DNA of 64,000 nucleotides, taken from contig OZ024741.1 in the NCBI GenBank assembly GCA_964016885.1, positions 287,680,001 to 287,744,000 of the forward strand. The letters run 5' to 3'. How positions within the stretch are numbered: the stretch's first letter is position 1; each line of letters begins with the position of its first letter. Both the position numbers and the translations under genes were made by a program. The notes below the pieces were generated by a model that worked only from the letters and a program-made list of their open reading frames with translations, was not told the DNA's origin and searched no databases. Shown here piece by piece: positions 1 to 12,834 of this stretch. Origin of the DNA: Eledone cirrhosa (taxonomy: Eukaryota).

Positions 1-1911
1 ACACTACCACCACAACCATAACAGCAATACTACTAGCACAACAACAGTACCACCACCACAACCATAACAGCAACACTACTACCACAACAACAACACTACC
101 ACCACAACGATAACAGCAACACTACCACCACAACAGCAACACTACCACCACAACAGCAACACTACCACCACAACAACATTCACAACGACAACAACGCTAC
201 CACCACAACCATAACAGCAACACTACTACCACAACCATAACAGCAACACTACTACCACAACAGCAACACTACCACCACAACAACATTCACAACGACAACA
301 ACACTACCACCACAACCATAATAGCAACACTACTAGCACAACAACAGTACTACCACCACAACAATAACAGCAACACTACTACCACAACGGCAACACTACC
401 ACCACAACAACATTCACAATGACAACAACACTACCACTACTACCACAACAGCAACACTACTGCCACAACAGCAACACTACCACCCCAACAACATTCACAA
501 CGACAACAAAACCACCACCACAACCATAACAGCAACGTTAGTGCCACAACAACAACACTACCACCACAACAACATTCACAATGACAACAACACTACCACC
601 ACAACAATAACAGCAACACTACTGCCACAACAACAACACTACCACCACAACAATAACAGCAACACTACTGCCACAACAGCAACACTACCACCACAACAAC
701 ATTCACAATGACAACAACACTACCACTACTACCACAACAGCAACACTACTGCCACAACAGCAACACCACCACCACAACAACATTCACAATGACAACAACA
801 CTACCACTACTACCACAACAGCAACACTACCACCACAACCATAACAGCAACACTACTACCACAACGGCAACACTACCACCACAACCATAACAGCAACACT
901 ATTACCACAACGACAACACTACCACCACAACCATAACAGCAACACTACTACCACAACGACAACACTACCACCACAACCATAACAGCAACACTACTACCAC
1001 AACAGCAAGACTACCACCACAACCATAACAGCAGCACTACTACCACAACGGCAACACTACCACCACAACCATAACAGCAACACTACTACCACAACGACAA
1101 CACTACCACCACAACAGCATTCACAATGACAACAACACTACCACTACTACTATAACAGCAACACTACCACCACAACAGCAACACTACCACCACAACAACA
1201 TTCACAATGACAACAACACTACAACCACAACCATAACAGCAACACTACCACCACAACAGAAACACTACCACCACAACAACATTCACAATGACAACAACAC
1301 TACTACCACAACAACATTCACAATGACAACAACACTACCACCACAACCACAACAGCAACACTACCACCACAACGACAACACTACCACCACAACAGCAACA
1401 CTACCACCACAACGACAACACTACCACCACAACAGCAACACTACTACCACAACGGCAACACTACCACCACAACAGCAACACTACCACCACAACGGCAATA
1501 ATACCACCACAACAGTAACACTACTACCACAACGGCAACACTACCACCACAACGGCAACACTACCACCACAACGGCAACACTACTACCACAACGGCAACA
1601 CTACCACCACAACAGCAACACTACCACCACAACAGCAACACTACCACCACAACAGCAACACTACCACCACAACGGCAACACTACTACCACAACAGCAACA
1701 CTACTACCACAACAGCAACACTACCACCACAACAGCAACACTACTACCACAACGGCAACACTACCACCACAACAGCAACACTACTACCACAACGGCAACA
1801 CTACCACCACAACAGCAACACTACCACCACAACAGCAACACTACTACCACAACGGCAACACTACCACCACAACGGCAACACTACCACCACAACAGCAATA
1901 CTACCACCACT
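1..1911. repeat. AC-rich minisatellite; homogeneous 20-bp unit CTACCACCACAACAGCAACA from ~1341-1910, more degenerate upstream
   Basis: Exact 20-bp period visible (3 units per 60-nt line). The ORFs at 708 and 1323 are frame-rotating read-throughs of this unit. Confidence 0.95.
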
Positions 1912-2161
1912 TGGGTTAACAGTATTAAACGAATCTTGTTTGCCTCTATCAATCTGTTGTTTTCGAGTTTTAATGATGAATGTTTTTGTCATATGTAGAT
2001 GGACGGTTTTATTATGATTGGATAGATTATATATGTGGAATGGTAGGTGGTTGACTCGACCGTTATTTTCTTGTTGATAGCTAGCTGACTCAGATAATGA
2101 TCTGTTCGTATATTATATATGTGGGTGATTATAGATGTATGTATGTATGAATGTATATATG

Positions 2162-2423
2162 TTTGTGCAGTGCCTTTGCTCACTATAAAAGCTTCACGGC
2201 ACAGGCATTGCTTTATATCTGGAGATCTCTCTACACTTGTCATCACATGGTACCATGGGCCCAGCACTATGTGTCAATAATTGTCACAAGTGTAGTGTTT
2301 GTACCAGAGTTTTCAAATCGCTGGCTGGACTGAAAAGTCACACTCGTTCAGCGCATCGGTAGGGGTTCTCCTACATGGATATAAAGTAGTGGCCGTACTC
2401 GAAAACGAGTTGGCAGCCACCAT
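2162..2423 (+). mobile_element. 5'-truncated copy of a short non-autonomous RTE-derived retroelement, followed by (ATGT)n tail to ~2697
   Basis: Near-identical to the reverse complement of 19207-19466. Encodes CSVCTRVFKSLAGLKSHTRSAHR* (2291-2362), like the last zinc finger of the RTE at 9846-11498. Its 3' motif GGCCGTACTCGAAAACGAGTTGGCAGCCACCAT resembles 11766-11798. Confidence 0.85.
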
Positions 2424-3376
2424 ATATGTATGTATGTATGTGTGTATGTATGTATGTATGTATGTATGTATGTATGTATGTATGTATGTATGTATGTGTG
2501 TGTGTGTATGTATGTATGTATGTATGTATGTATGTATGAATATGTGTATATATGTATGTGTATGTATGTATATATGTATGTATGCATGTATGTATGTATG
2601 TATATGTGTATGCATGTATGTATGTATGTAGGAATGTGAGTTTATATGTATGTATATGTCTATGTATGTCTATGTATGTATGTATGTATGTATGTATTAT
2701 TATAATTGGTGGCCTTGGTGTTGGTGGTGGTGGCTGTTGATGTTGTTGTTGTTGTTGTGTGCGTGTGTGTGTGTGTTTTGTTATTTTGAGGGGGGTTTTT
2801 TCTCTCTCTTTTTTTGTTTGTTTTTTTTTTGTTTTGTTTTTTTTATCTTTTGATGCCGCTGTTGTTGTTGTTGTAAATGTTCGTTTCAGTTCATTCTGAA
2901 GCTGTTGTTGCTGTAAACATTAGTGCCGGTGTTGTTGTTGTAGATGTTGGGGTTGAAATCTGGTCGTTTGACTGAGTGATGTATATACACACATATACAT
3001 ACATATCATCATAATCTATAAAGCTCAGTGTGTGGTCAAGCTCCTTCATTATAGAAATCTACGATATAGAATTTCTTCAATTGAAATTTACCATTCAGTG
3101 CTCGAAACAGTTTCAATTGCGTCTTGACGCAGATAATTTTTTCATTTTCACCCACAATTACGCAAAAAATAGATAAAACTCAATATTTTACGATTTTTCT
3201 CTGTCATTTAAACTGCTAAACTCTTTCCACTACCATTCAAAATCTATACAACTTCATACTTTCTGCTACTTTCTCTTTCCAAGCTTGATGGTGATACTGT
3301 CCGTTTTACTCTATAATATCATCTGCTATCCTCCTCTATCTACAACCCACACATTTTGCTACTTTCTCTTTTATAC

Positions 3377-3515
3377 TTCAAACTTACTGATTTATTTCCA
3401 AACGCATACAAACACACACTCACTTCAATTAAACAACGTGCGGGAATTCAAACTTACTGATTTATTTCCAAACGCATACAAACACACACTCACTTCAATT
3501 AAACAACGTGCGGGA
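3377..3515. repeat. 70-bp tandem duplication in the Helitron 5' region
   Basis: TTCAAACTTACTGA...GTGCGGGA at 3377 and again at 3447. Confidence 0.9.
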
Positions 3516-3860
3516 TTTATAACCACAAACATTTGCCATTTGCAACATGTACGTAAAAAAATTCCTTTCTTAAAAATGTCAGTTCATTTTATTTGTTTCA
3601 ATTTACGTTTCTATACACTTTACACAAATATTTTCACATGTACGTAAACAACTTCCTTTCTTACAAATCTCACTTCATTTTCTTTCTTTTAACTCACGTT
3701 TCAATACACTTTACACACTCTGTCGCTATACTTACCTAAACAATTTCTTTCAACTCCAAATATTTGTTTCTTTTCCTTCCACGGTCAAAATTTTTCCACA
3801 TTCCATTCACATTACAATTTCTATCTTTAAGTAACTTTCACCATTTATTTTTCACATAAA

Positions 3861-6800
3861 ATGCCACCGAAAAAGAGAAGTCGCCTCGGCCGCCATACGG
3901 CAGCAGCAGCCGCGCAAAAGGCGATTACCGCAAACGAGTCCTCCGAAAAAAAGAATTTCAGACTTTCACAGAGCGCCTTACGTTTAGCGGAATCACGAGC
4001 TGCTGAAACTTTCCAACAGGGCAACGCACGCCGAGCAAAAAAGGCTTCATACGATGCTGCTTACAGGGCTTCAGAGCGTCCGGAAACAAGGTCGAATCGC
4101 ATGGCTAGAAAGGCTGCTGCTGCTGATGATTCAAGGGCTTCAGAGGGCCCACAACAAAGGGCCACTCGACTGGCTAAAAACGCTGCGGTTACTGCTGCTT
4201 CAAGATTTTCGGAACGTTTCGAACTACCGACCACTCACCTTCATAGGAACAAGGCGGCTTTCACTGCTTTCATGCCTTCTCAAGATGCAGACGGCCGGTC
4301 CATTACCATTGCAAACGTCGCTTCTGCTACTGATGCGACACCTTCCCACGACTCAGACCAGCAGCGTTCTACATTCCAGCGGAACAGTCGACGGTGCAAG
4401 GCTACCCGCGGTCTGACGAGTCCACACAGCCCTTACTGGCAACTACGGGCTTTCAAGTATGAGCCCAACTTCAATTACTCAATGCGCGCCGACATAAATA
4501 TTGGGGAAATATGCTTCAATTGCAAATTCTGCAATGCTAAAAAGTGGGCTGGGGAACCACCTGCAATGTGCTGCTTAAACGGTAAGGTAAGCTTGCACCC
4601 TCTTCGGGAGCTGCCAGTCCCTTTGAAGGAATTACTTACTGGTTCGACCTCAAGGTCATCAAAATTCCTTCAACTCATCAGGAAGTACAATTGTGCATTT
4701 CAGATGACTTCTTTCGGGGCTAACGTTGTCAGAGAAACTGGTTGGATGCCTACTTTCAAGGTGCAGGGCCAGGTGTACCACCTTATTGGGTCACTCCAGC
4801 CACTACAAAATTCCAAACCTTCGTTCCTTCAAATTTACTTCATTTCAAACTACAATACGCAAATTGATGTGCGTTTCGGCGTTATTCCACCACCTGCAAA
4901 CACTGACGCTGACAATTTTGACAGGGACGTGCTGCTCAGTCTGCAAAACATGCTTCATGAGCACAACAGCTACATTCGCAGTTTCAAATACGCCTTGGAA
5001 ACAGCCCCTTCACCAAACTTCACCATTGTCATCGATCTGACAAAAGACCTTCTGGGGAGCACGCACGCCGATATAACGCTCCTTCGTGCAATGAAGTGGC
5101 CATAGTTCTCCATGGTGGACAGCACAATAAGCGAGACATAGTTCTTCAAAGCCGCGACAGTGGTCTTCAACGTATTAATGAGACGCATCGTTCATATGAC
5201 GCCCTGCAGTATCCCCTTCTTTTTCCGTACGGAGAAGACGGGTACCATTTCGGCATTCCTCACCACAAACCAAACTAGCCCACTGCTGCGACATCTAAAA
5301 CTGTTTCATGCATGGCTTTGTACACATACCGCTTCATGACAAGGCATAATGATTTTAGCCCCCTGCACAGCTCACGGGAACTGTTTCACCAGTTTGCAGT
5401 TGACATGGCTGCAAAGATGGAGTCCGAGAGACTGTGCTTCATAAAATTGAATCAGAGGCAGCTGCGAGTAGACTCCTACATCCATTTGCGTGACGGCATC
5501 AGGAATGACACTGACCCCCGGAACATCGGCAAAATGTGCATTCTCCTCTCAACCTATAAGGGGGTGTTGGGGGGGGGGGGGGGGGGGGGCGGTACATGCA
5601 CGAGCGAACACAAGACGCTATGACTTACGTTCGGCATTATGGGCGACCCGATTTATTCATCACCTTTACATGTAACCCCAAGTGGGTTGAGGTTACGCGG
5701 GAACTTATCCCAGGGCAGCAGTACTGCCATCGGCATGATATTATTGCAAGGGTTTTCAGGCAGAAGCTCGCTAAGCTCATTGATTTAATTTTTAAAAGGG
5801 CAGGTTTTGGGGCCTGTTAAGTGCCACATGTATACTGTTGAGTGGCAGAAAAGAGGGTTGTCACACGCGCACATTTTGCTTTGGTTGGTCAACAAAATAG
5901 ACCCGACAGTTCTTGATGACATCATCGCAGCAGAAATCCCGGACCCAACTGTTGACCGGCAGCTGTACGACATTGTGAAGGCACACATGCTGCACGGTCC
6001 GTGCGGTCCCGGTTTTCCTCATGCCACAAAGACCATGTGTGCACTAAACGATACCCAAAGAGGTTCGTGGAGGAGACCCAGACCGGCCGCGACGGATACC
6101 CACTGTACAGACGAAGGCACCCTGACAATGGTGGATTCACTATGACATTGCGGGGTCATCAAGTGGATAATAGGTGGGTAGTCCCGTACTGTCCATTTCT
6201 GATGAAAACTTTTAACGCTCACATAAATGTGGAGTTCTGTCATTCAGTAAAGTCTATAAAGTATATATGCAAATATGTTAACAAGGGTTCTGACGCTGCC
6301 ATGCTCGGCCTTCAAAAGGACAATAGCATGGACGAGGTGTCGGAGTACTTGGCAGGTCGATACATAAGCAGTGGTGAAACTTTTTGGCGGATATTCGGGT
6401 TTCCGCTTCACCAAAGGCACCCCGCCATCATACAACTAGCGGTTCATTTGGAAAATGGCCAGCGAGCTTACTTTACTGAACAGACTGCTGCTCAATTGGC
6501 GGCAAATCCAGAACAAACAACTTTGACCGGTTTCTTTAGGCTTTGCCAAATTGACACATTTGCCAAAACACTTTTATACCCTCAGGTCCCGTCCTACTAC
6601 GTGTGGTCAAACAACAATTGGGTGCGTAGGAAGTCGGGTCAGGATGTTGAAGGACATCCTGGTGTCAAGTTTAACAGTTGTCTAGGAAAAGTGTACACTG
6701 TACCTCCAAACCAACATGAGTGTTTTCACCTTCTACTCCATGAGGTTTTTCCTGGACGCTCCTGGGGGCACTGGGAAAACTTTTGTCAACAAATTAATAT

Positions 6801-8020
6801 TGACTGAGATTAGGCGAACACAAGGCATTGCTGTGGCATCATCTGGAATTGCGGCTACTTTGTTGCCAGGCGGCAGGACAGCTCACTCCACTTTCAAGCT
6901 CCCGCTTGACTTAGCGAAGACTGAGACACCAACTTGCAACATCAGTAACAGCTCCGATCAGGCAGAAGTCTTCAGACGATGCAAGCTTATCGTTTGGGAT
7001 GAATGCACGATGGCCCACAGAGGTGCTCTTGAGGCACTAGACATCAAACACTCTACAGCTCCCATGGGAGGCATAACACTTCTTCTTTCAGGGGACTTCC
7101 GGCAAACACTTCCCGTTATTCCCAAAGGGACTAGAGCTGGTGCAGTAAGTGCGTGTCTTAAGTCATCCACATTGTGGCCACTGGTGAACACTCTCAAACT
7201 TAACACTAACATGCGTGCTCATATGCGACGTGATATCACATCAGCAGCATTTTCTCACACCCTCCTTGCACTTGGCGAAGGCAAAATAACCGGGGATGAA
7301 AATGATAATATTGCCATCGATTCCATTTGTACCATTGTTAATACGCCTTCTGATCTCACAGATGCAGTGTTCCCAGATCTACAAGCTAATTATCAGAATA
7401 TGGATTGGATTGGCCAAAGGGCTATTCTGGCCCCGAGGAATAAAACTGTTCACCATATTAATGATCAAATGCTAAACCTCATTCCTGGGGATGGCTATGT
7501 ATATAAGCCTATCGATACAACTCCTGACCCAGAGGACGTCATCAACTATCCAATAGAGGTATTCAATTCCGTTGAGCCCCCCGGACTACCACCACACATT
7601 CTCAAACTTAAAGTTGGTGCCCCTATAATGCTCATTAGAAATTTGGTTCCCCCGAAACAATGCAATGGCACACGTTTGATCGTTAAGTCCTTATCTCCCA
7701 ATCCTATTGAGGCCACGATTATCACAGGGTGCGGTCGAGGCAACGTTGTGCTCATACCTAGGATGCATGTTTTCCCATCAGGAGCAGACCTACCTTTCAC
7801 ATTTCGGAGGTCCCATTTCCCAGTAAGGCCATGTTTCGCTATGTCAATTAACAAAGCGCAGGGTCAAACACTGTCTGTGGCGGGAATACATTTGGGGGAG
7901 CCATGTTTCTCTCATGGTCAGCTTTACGTTGGCTGCTCGCGTGTTGGCTGCAAGAGTGATGCTTTCGCGTTCGTTCCACAACGAAAAACGAAAAACATTG
8001 TGTACAAGGAGGTTTTATAG
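3861..8020 (+). pseudogene. Helitron RepHel (HUH Rep + PIF1-family helicase) pseudogene, frameshifted, with an internal deletion
   Basis: Rep motifs PDLFITFTCNPKW, EWQKRGLSHAHILLW and KYICKYVNKG; helicase motifs DAPGGTGKT, IVWDEC, GDFRQTLPV, AMSINKAQGQT and HGQLYV; split over ORFs 3861, 5096, 5312, 5596, 5807, 6001 and 6716. Confidence 0.95.
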
Positions 8021-9344
8021 GATTACTACGCTTCATCATTTTGGAACAACACGTTAGTATTTCATTTACATACGACTCTCTTTTATGATGGCATTTACAT
8101 TTTTAGGCGTTTCCTGAAATTACTTCACACTTAACCAACACCTTCCTCCGCTCACCTCTATTTTCATCCATTCGTCATCAAACCAGCAGCCTCATCTTCT
8201 ATATCCAACGTACATGAGACATCTACCCCTACATCTACACTCTCACTATTAAAGTTTACATCAGCGACAACACGATCGCAACATACACTTTCAAAACTAA
8301 GCAACAGATCATTTTATACAACAACAAATTTACTCATAATGCCGATCAATGAAAACATCTCCACCACAGACGTCTGCCGGTCTGACATATGGTGAGTAGA
8401 TGCTATTGTTCTAGATTTTATAAATTACCCGTATTTACTTACCCATACTTAATTCCCCTCTTGCCTACATAGGGCATCGATTCTCTTTTAACACACCATG
8501 AAGTTTTGTAACAGCACATCCGCTGCCGTTCGTGGAAAACGAAGAGGCCCTATTCACCTGCGAACGTTTTACACCCCCTTCCACGACTATCAAATTCTTA
8601 CAATTATGAGAACAATAACATGGCCCTTTTCAAGGCAACCTCATATTCAATTCTTACACCATTCTACGAGGGGGTAGGAACCCCTTTACAGGCCTTTCTA
8701 TACACTTACAAATATATTCATTCGGCGTAAACTTATATCAATCTTTGCCTGAATAATCATAATTCAGTGCAATCATTAACAGTACTTTCAAGCAATTCAG
8801 CCCCGAGCAACGCCAGGCACTTCTGCTAGCATATATATATACACATTCAACAGAGAGTAGAGAGTTTGACAACAGGTCGATGACTTTAGTCTAGATAGGG
8901 TAATGACATGTGATGGTGGGGAGAGAGTGTAGACGTTATTGTGGTGGTGGGGGCAGTGAGATGTATCTAGTTCATTTGACCGTTTTCTTCTCTTTGCAAA
9001 ATTTAAATTTTAGCCATGTTATATTGAGATGTAAGTAAATGTAAAATGTAAAATATAAATGAAAGTCAATCTGTAATACGATCGGCTTCAACTATACAAA
9101 CTCTTGAAAGTGAACAGTTGACATAATCTTGTAATTTTGTATCAGTAATGACGGTAATATATATATATATATATGTGTGTGTGCATTTGTTTGTATGTAT
9201 GAGTGTTGCTGTGTGCGCGCGTATGTATGCGTGTGTGTGCGCGCATATGTATGCGCGTGTGTGTATGTCGTACGTATAAGTGTCAATAAGTGAGTTTTTT
9301 TGTTTTTGTTTTTTTTTTGCGCGGGGACATAGAAATAATCGGGC

Positions 9345-9592
9345 TGGATGCCCGATCGCGCAGTTAAACCACTGGGAATGAAAACCCCTAGCCCTTGTCA
9401 GGGCATTCTTCTAGGAGAAGGCATCTCAGGAAACTGGGTTAACTCCGATATAAAACCTGCGGCTCAGTAGTTACCGATGATGTTGATCTTTTCTTCTTTT
9501 CGGGTTATAGCTACTGTCGCTCAGAGTGTGAGATTGGCTCAGTGCACAGTCTTTCCTCACTTTAAAAATATTCGTCACGCACAGGCATTGCA
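9345..9592 (+). mobile_element. RTE LINE 5'-UTR segment
   Basis: CTAGGAGAAGG...AACTCCGATATAAAACCTGC...GATGATGTTGA...CACAGGCATTG; homologous to the reverse complements of 19420-19610 and 22440-22620. Confidence 0.7.
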
Positions 9593-9624
9593 CGAGTGCA
9601 TTAATAATTATTAATAGTGTACTA

Positions 9625-9655
<31 letters not shown>

Positions 9656-9845
9656 TATTATTACTTTTTTTTTTTTTTTTTCCAATTCAATGATGTTCCA
9701 GAACAATATAAAAGAGATAATTGGCAATTTAGGTTCTGGAACAAAAAAGATAATTGGCAATAAGGGCAGGGGCCCCAGGTTATCACAGCCTGGGCCCGCT
9801 CGTCATCGTGCCATTGTAATAGAGCCAAACAAGGCATTTACTAAT

Positions 9846-11800
9846 GAAAGTGAATCTGGTTTTCGTGCTGGACGCGGCACTACTGATATGATCTTCTCAG
9901 CTAGACAGCTCCAGGAGAGGTGCATGGAACAAGGCTTAGATCTGTATCAGGTTTTTGTCGATCTGACGAAAGCTTTCGATACTGTTAACGGAGATGCATT
10001 ATGGAAGGTTCTCCAGAAACTTGGTTGCCCTGATAAGTTCCTTGCTTTAGTTAGGTCTTTCCATGACGACATGAAGGCTTGGGTTAATGTCGGAGGAAAC
10101 ATGTCGGAGCCTATCTCAGTAAAAAATGGAGTGAAACAGGGGGATATTCCAGCACCGATCCTGTTTGCCATATACTTTGCAATGGTTTTCTGTATTGCAT
10201 TCAGGAATTGCGAGCATGGTGTTTACATCCGATATCGAACCTCAGGCAGCATATTTAACATCAGGCGTTTTGCTGCGAAGACAAAAGTATTTACATCAAT
10301 CATAAGAGACCTCTTGTATGCAGATGATTGCGATCTTGTAGCACACACAGAGAGTGATATGCAGCACATTTTGAATGCATTTTCTGACGCTTGCACTGCC
10401 CTGGGATTGACTGTCAGTCTCAAGAAAACCGTCGTCATGTACCAACCTGCCCCTGGTAAGCAGTACACTGAACCAAACATCTATGTGTATGGCAAACTAC
10501 TTGGAGTGGTTGATCAGTTTGTCTACCTGGGAAGCACTGTCAATCGATACGGCAACCTTGACAGTGAAATCTCACTTAGGATTAGGAAAGCAAGTGATGC
10601 ATTCGGAAAGCTAGAAAGGAGACTCTGGGGTCGGAGAGACATATGCAGGAGGACAAAGGTAAAGGTGTACAGGGCATGTGTGCTCTCTTGTCTTCTTTAT
10701 GCTTCCGAGACCTGGGTCACATATCGACACCACCTTAAGCAATTGGAGCGTTTCCATCAGATGTGTCTCAGACGGATCCATGGCGTTCACTGGAGGGAGC
10801 ACATCAGTGATGTCGAGATTTTGGAAAGCTCTATGTGTGACAGTATAGAAGCTCTTGTGCTTAAGCAGCGACTCCGTTGGAGTGGTCACTTTGCCAGGAT
10901 GAAGGATTCTAGAATACCAAAACAACTCTTTTATGGAGAGTTGGTTAAAGGAAAACGACCGCCACATAAACCAAAAAAGAGGTATAAGGATTCCTTGAAA
11001 GCCTCTCTGAAAGACGCTAACATCTCTGCTGATACATGGGAAAATATTGCTGCTGATCTTAATAAATGGAGAAAGACTGTATATGATGGAAAAGTTGCCT
11101 TTGAGGTATCTCGAATCGCATACGAGAAAGTAAAGCGGGATGTGAGGAAGGGCATTGCTGTTGCACTTCCAGACGGCGAGGGTCCTCCTATGGTGCTGAC
11201 ATGCAGCGTCTGTGCGAGACTCTGCCTAAGCAAAGCTGGACTCGAAAGTCATCTTCGCAGTCATAAAGTAAGACCAGTGGTTGACTACCAGGCTGCTGTT
11301 GGAGATGCTACTCATCATGCTTGCCAAACATGTGGTAGAGAATGTAGATCAGCAGGAGGGCTCAAGCGACGTGCAAGAGTACATGAACTCCAACCACAGC
11401 CGGCTATTCCCAGTGAATGTTTTGGTTGCCGACTCTGTGCAAGACATTTTAGATCATTGGCTAGGCTAAAAAGCCACATTCGATCGCAGCGCTGTTAGTT
11501 GCTATCGTATGTGTGTGTGTGTATATATATGTTTATGTGTGTGCGTGTATGTGTATATATATAGGTATATGTATATTATTATTGTTGTTGTCGTTATTAT
11601 TATTGTTATTATTTTATTATTATTGTTATTAATATATGTGTGTGTGTGTGTATATGTATGTGTGTGTATGTGTGTATGTGTATATGTGTGTATATATATA
11701 TTTCTTTTTTTTATTTTATTTTATTTTTTATTTATTTATTAATTTTTTTTTTCTCCTCGTGCAATGGCCATACTCGATAATGAGGGGGCAGCCATCATCA
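9846..11800 (+). mobile_element. RTE-clade LINE, RT domain to 3' end (no endonuclease); open frame to 11498
   Basis: ESESGFRAGRG, VDLTKAFDTV, GVKQGD, LLYADD, FVYLGS, LRWSGH, RIPKQLFYGEL; C-terminal C2H2-like fingers; 3' UTR split by a microsatellite at 11509-11750; (TGTA)n-like tail. Confidence 0.93.
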
Positions 11801-12136
11801 TGTGTGTATATATGTATATATGCATGTATGTATTTATGTGTGTGTGTATGTATGTGTGTATGCATGTATGTATGTATGTGTGTATATATGCATGCATGCA
11901 TTTATGTATGTGTGTATGCATGTATGTGTGTATGTATATATGTATGTATGTATATATGTATGTATGCATGTATGTACATATGTATAAATGAATATGTGTG
12001 TCTGACTGTATTTATGTATGTATGTATAAGTGTATGTATGTGTGTATGGTTGTATGTATGAACGTGTGTTGCGTATGCATGTGTGCATGAATGTATATAT
12101 ATTTGTATGTACTCGTGTATATGTGTATGCATTGAT

Positions 12137-12180
<44 letters not shown>

Positions 12181-12346
12181 ATGTGTGTGTATACATGTGT
12201 GGGTGGGTGAATATACGTATATATGAATATTTATCATATTTTTGTAAGATTCTATATGTATTTATATATGTATGTGCGTGTGTGTGTGTATACATGTGTG
12301 GGTGTATATATGAATATTTGTCAAGGTCTAAGGTTCTATATGTATT

Positions 12347-12403
<57 letters not shown>

Positions 12404-12834
12404 GTGTATATATATATATACATATATGTGTGTGTATGTATATATATGTGTGTGTGTGTATATATAAGACGTTGTGTATATGGGTGTGTTTATACGATCT
12501 CCCTTCCGACTAGGCATACACCCATACACATGTATTTAAAAATAAGGTGTCTGTTGGTTACAGAAGAAATATATTGTATATGTACATATAAAGAGGTTCT
12601 AATTATCACGATATATTTCTGTATTTATATGTTTGCTTACTCTATTGATTGTCTTTTTTCTGATGGCGTCTATTCTTAACATTATTTATGATTCAAATTT
12701 ACTATTTTACTTACAAATTTATTAATATATATCATGGTGTGCTTTATCGAGGTTGGTGGTAAGGATTGATACATTTGCTATCTAAAACGATCGTAAATCA
12801 TTAGATTTTCTTATTCTTTCGTTGTTTAACAATT

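Larger units (their letters stand above)
3006..8829 (+). mobile_element. Helitron, autonomous type, decayed
   Basis: 5' A|TCATCATAATCTATAAAG; 3' imperfect hairpin CCCGAGCAACGCCAGG then CACTTCTGCTAG (CTAG 8826-8829); RepHel coding remnants inside. Confidence 0.92.

Noticed and set aside
708-1919. Gln/His/Thr-rich ORFs; also a CRISPR-like look
   Set aside because: They are translations of a 20-bp minisatellite with no unique spacers, in a eukaryotic context.
8380-8690. Macro-domain-like words (SDIW*VDAIV, SILTP) in the Helitron 3' region
   Set aside because: Short matches in different frames with stops; no NAAN or GGG motifs.
9690-9845. N-terminal 52 aa of the 602-aa ORF as a domesticated fusion gene
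   Set aside because: Looks like flanking sequence with a short direct repeat that happens to be in frame; no promoter or expression evidence.
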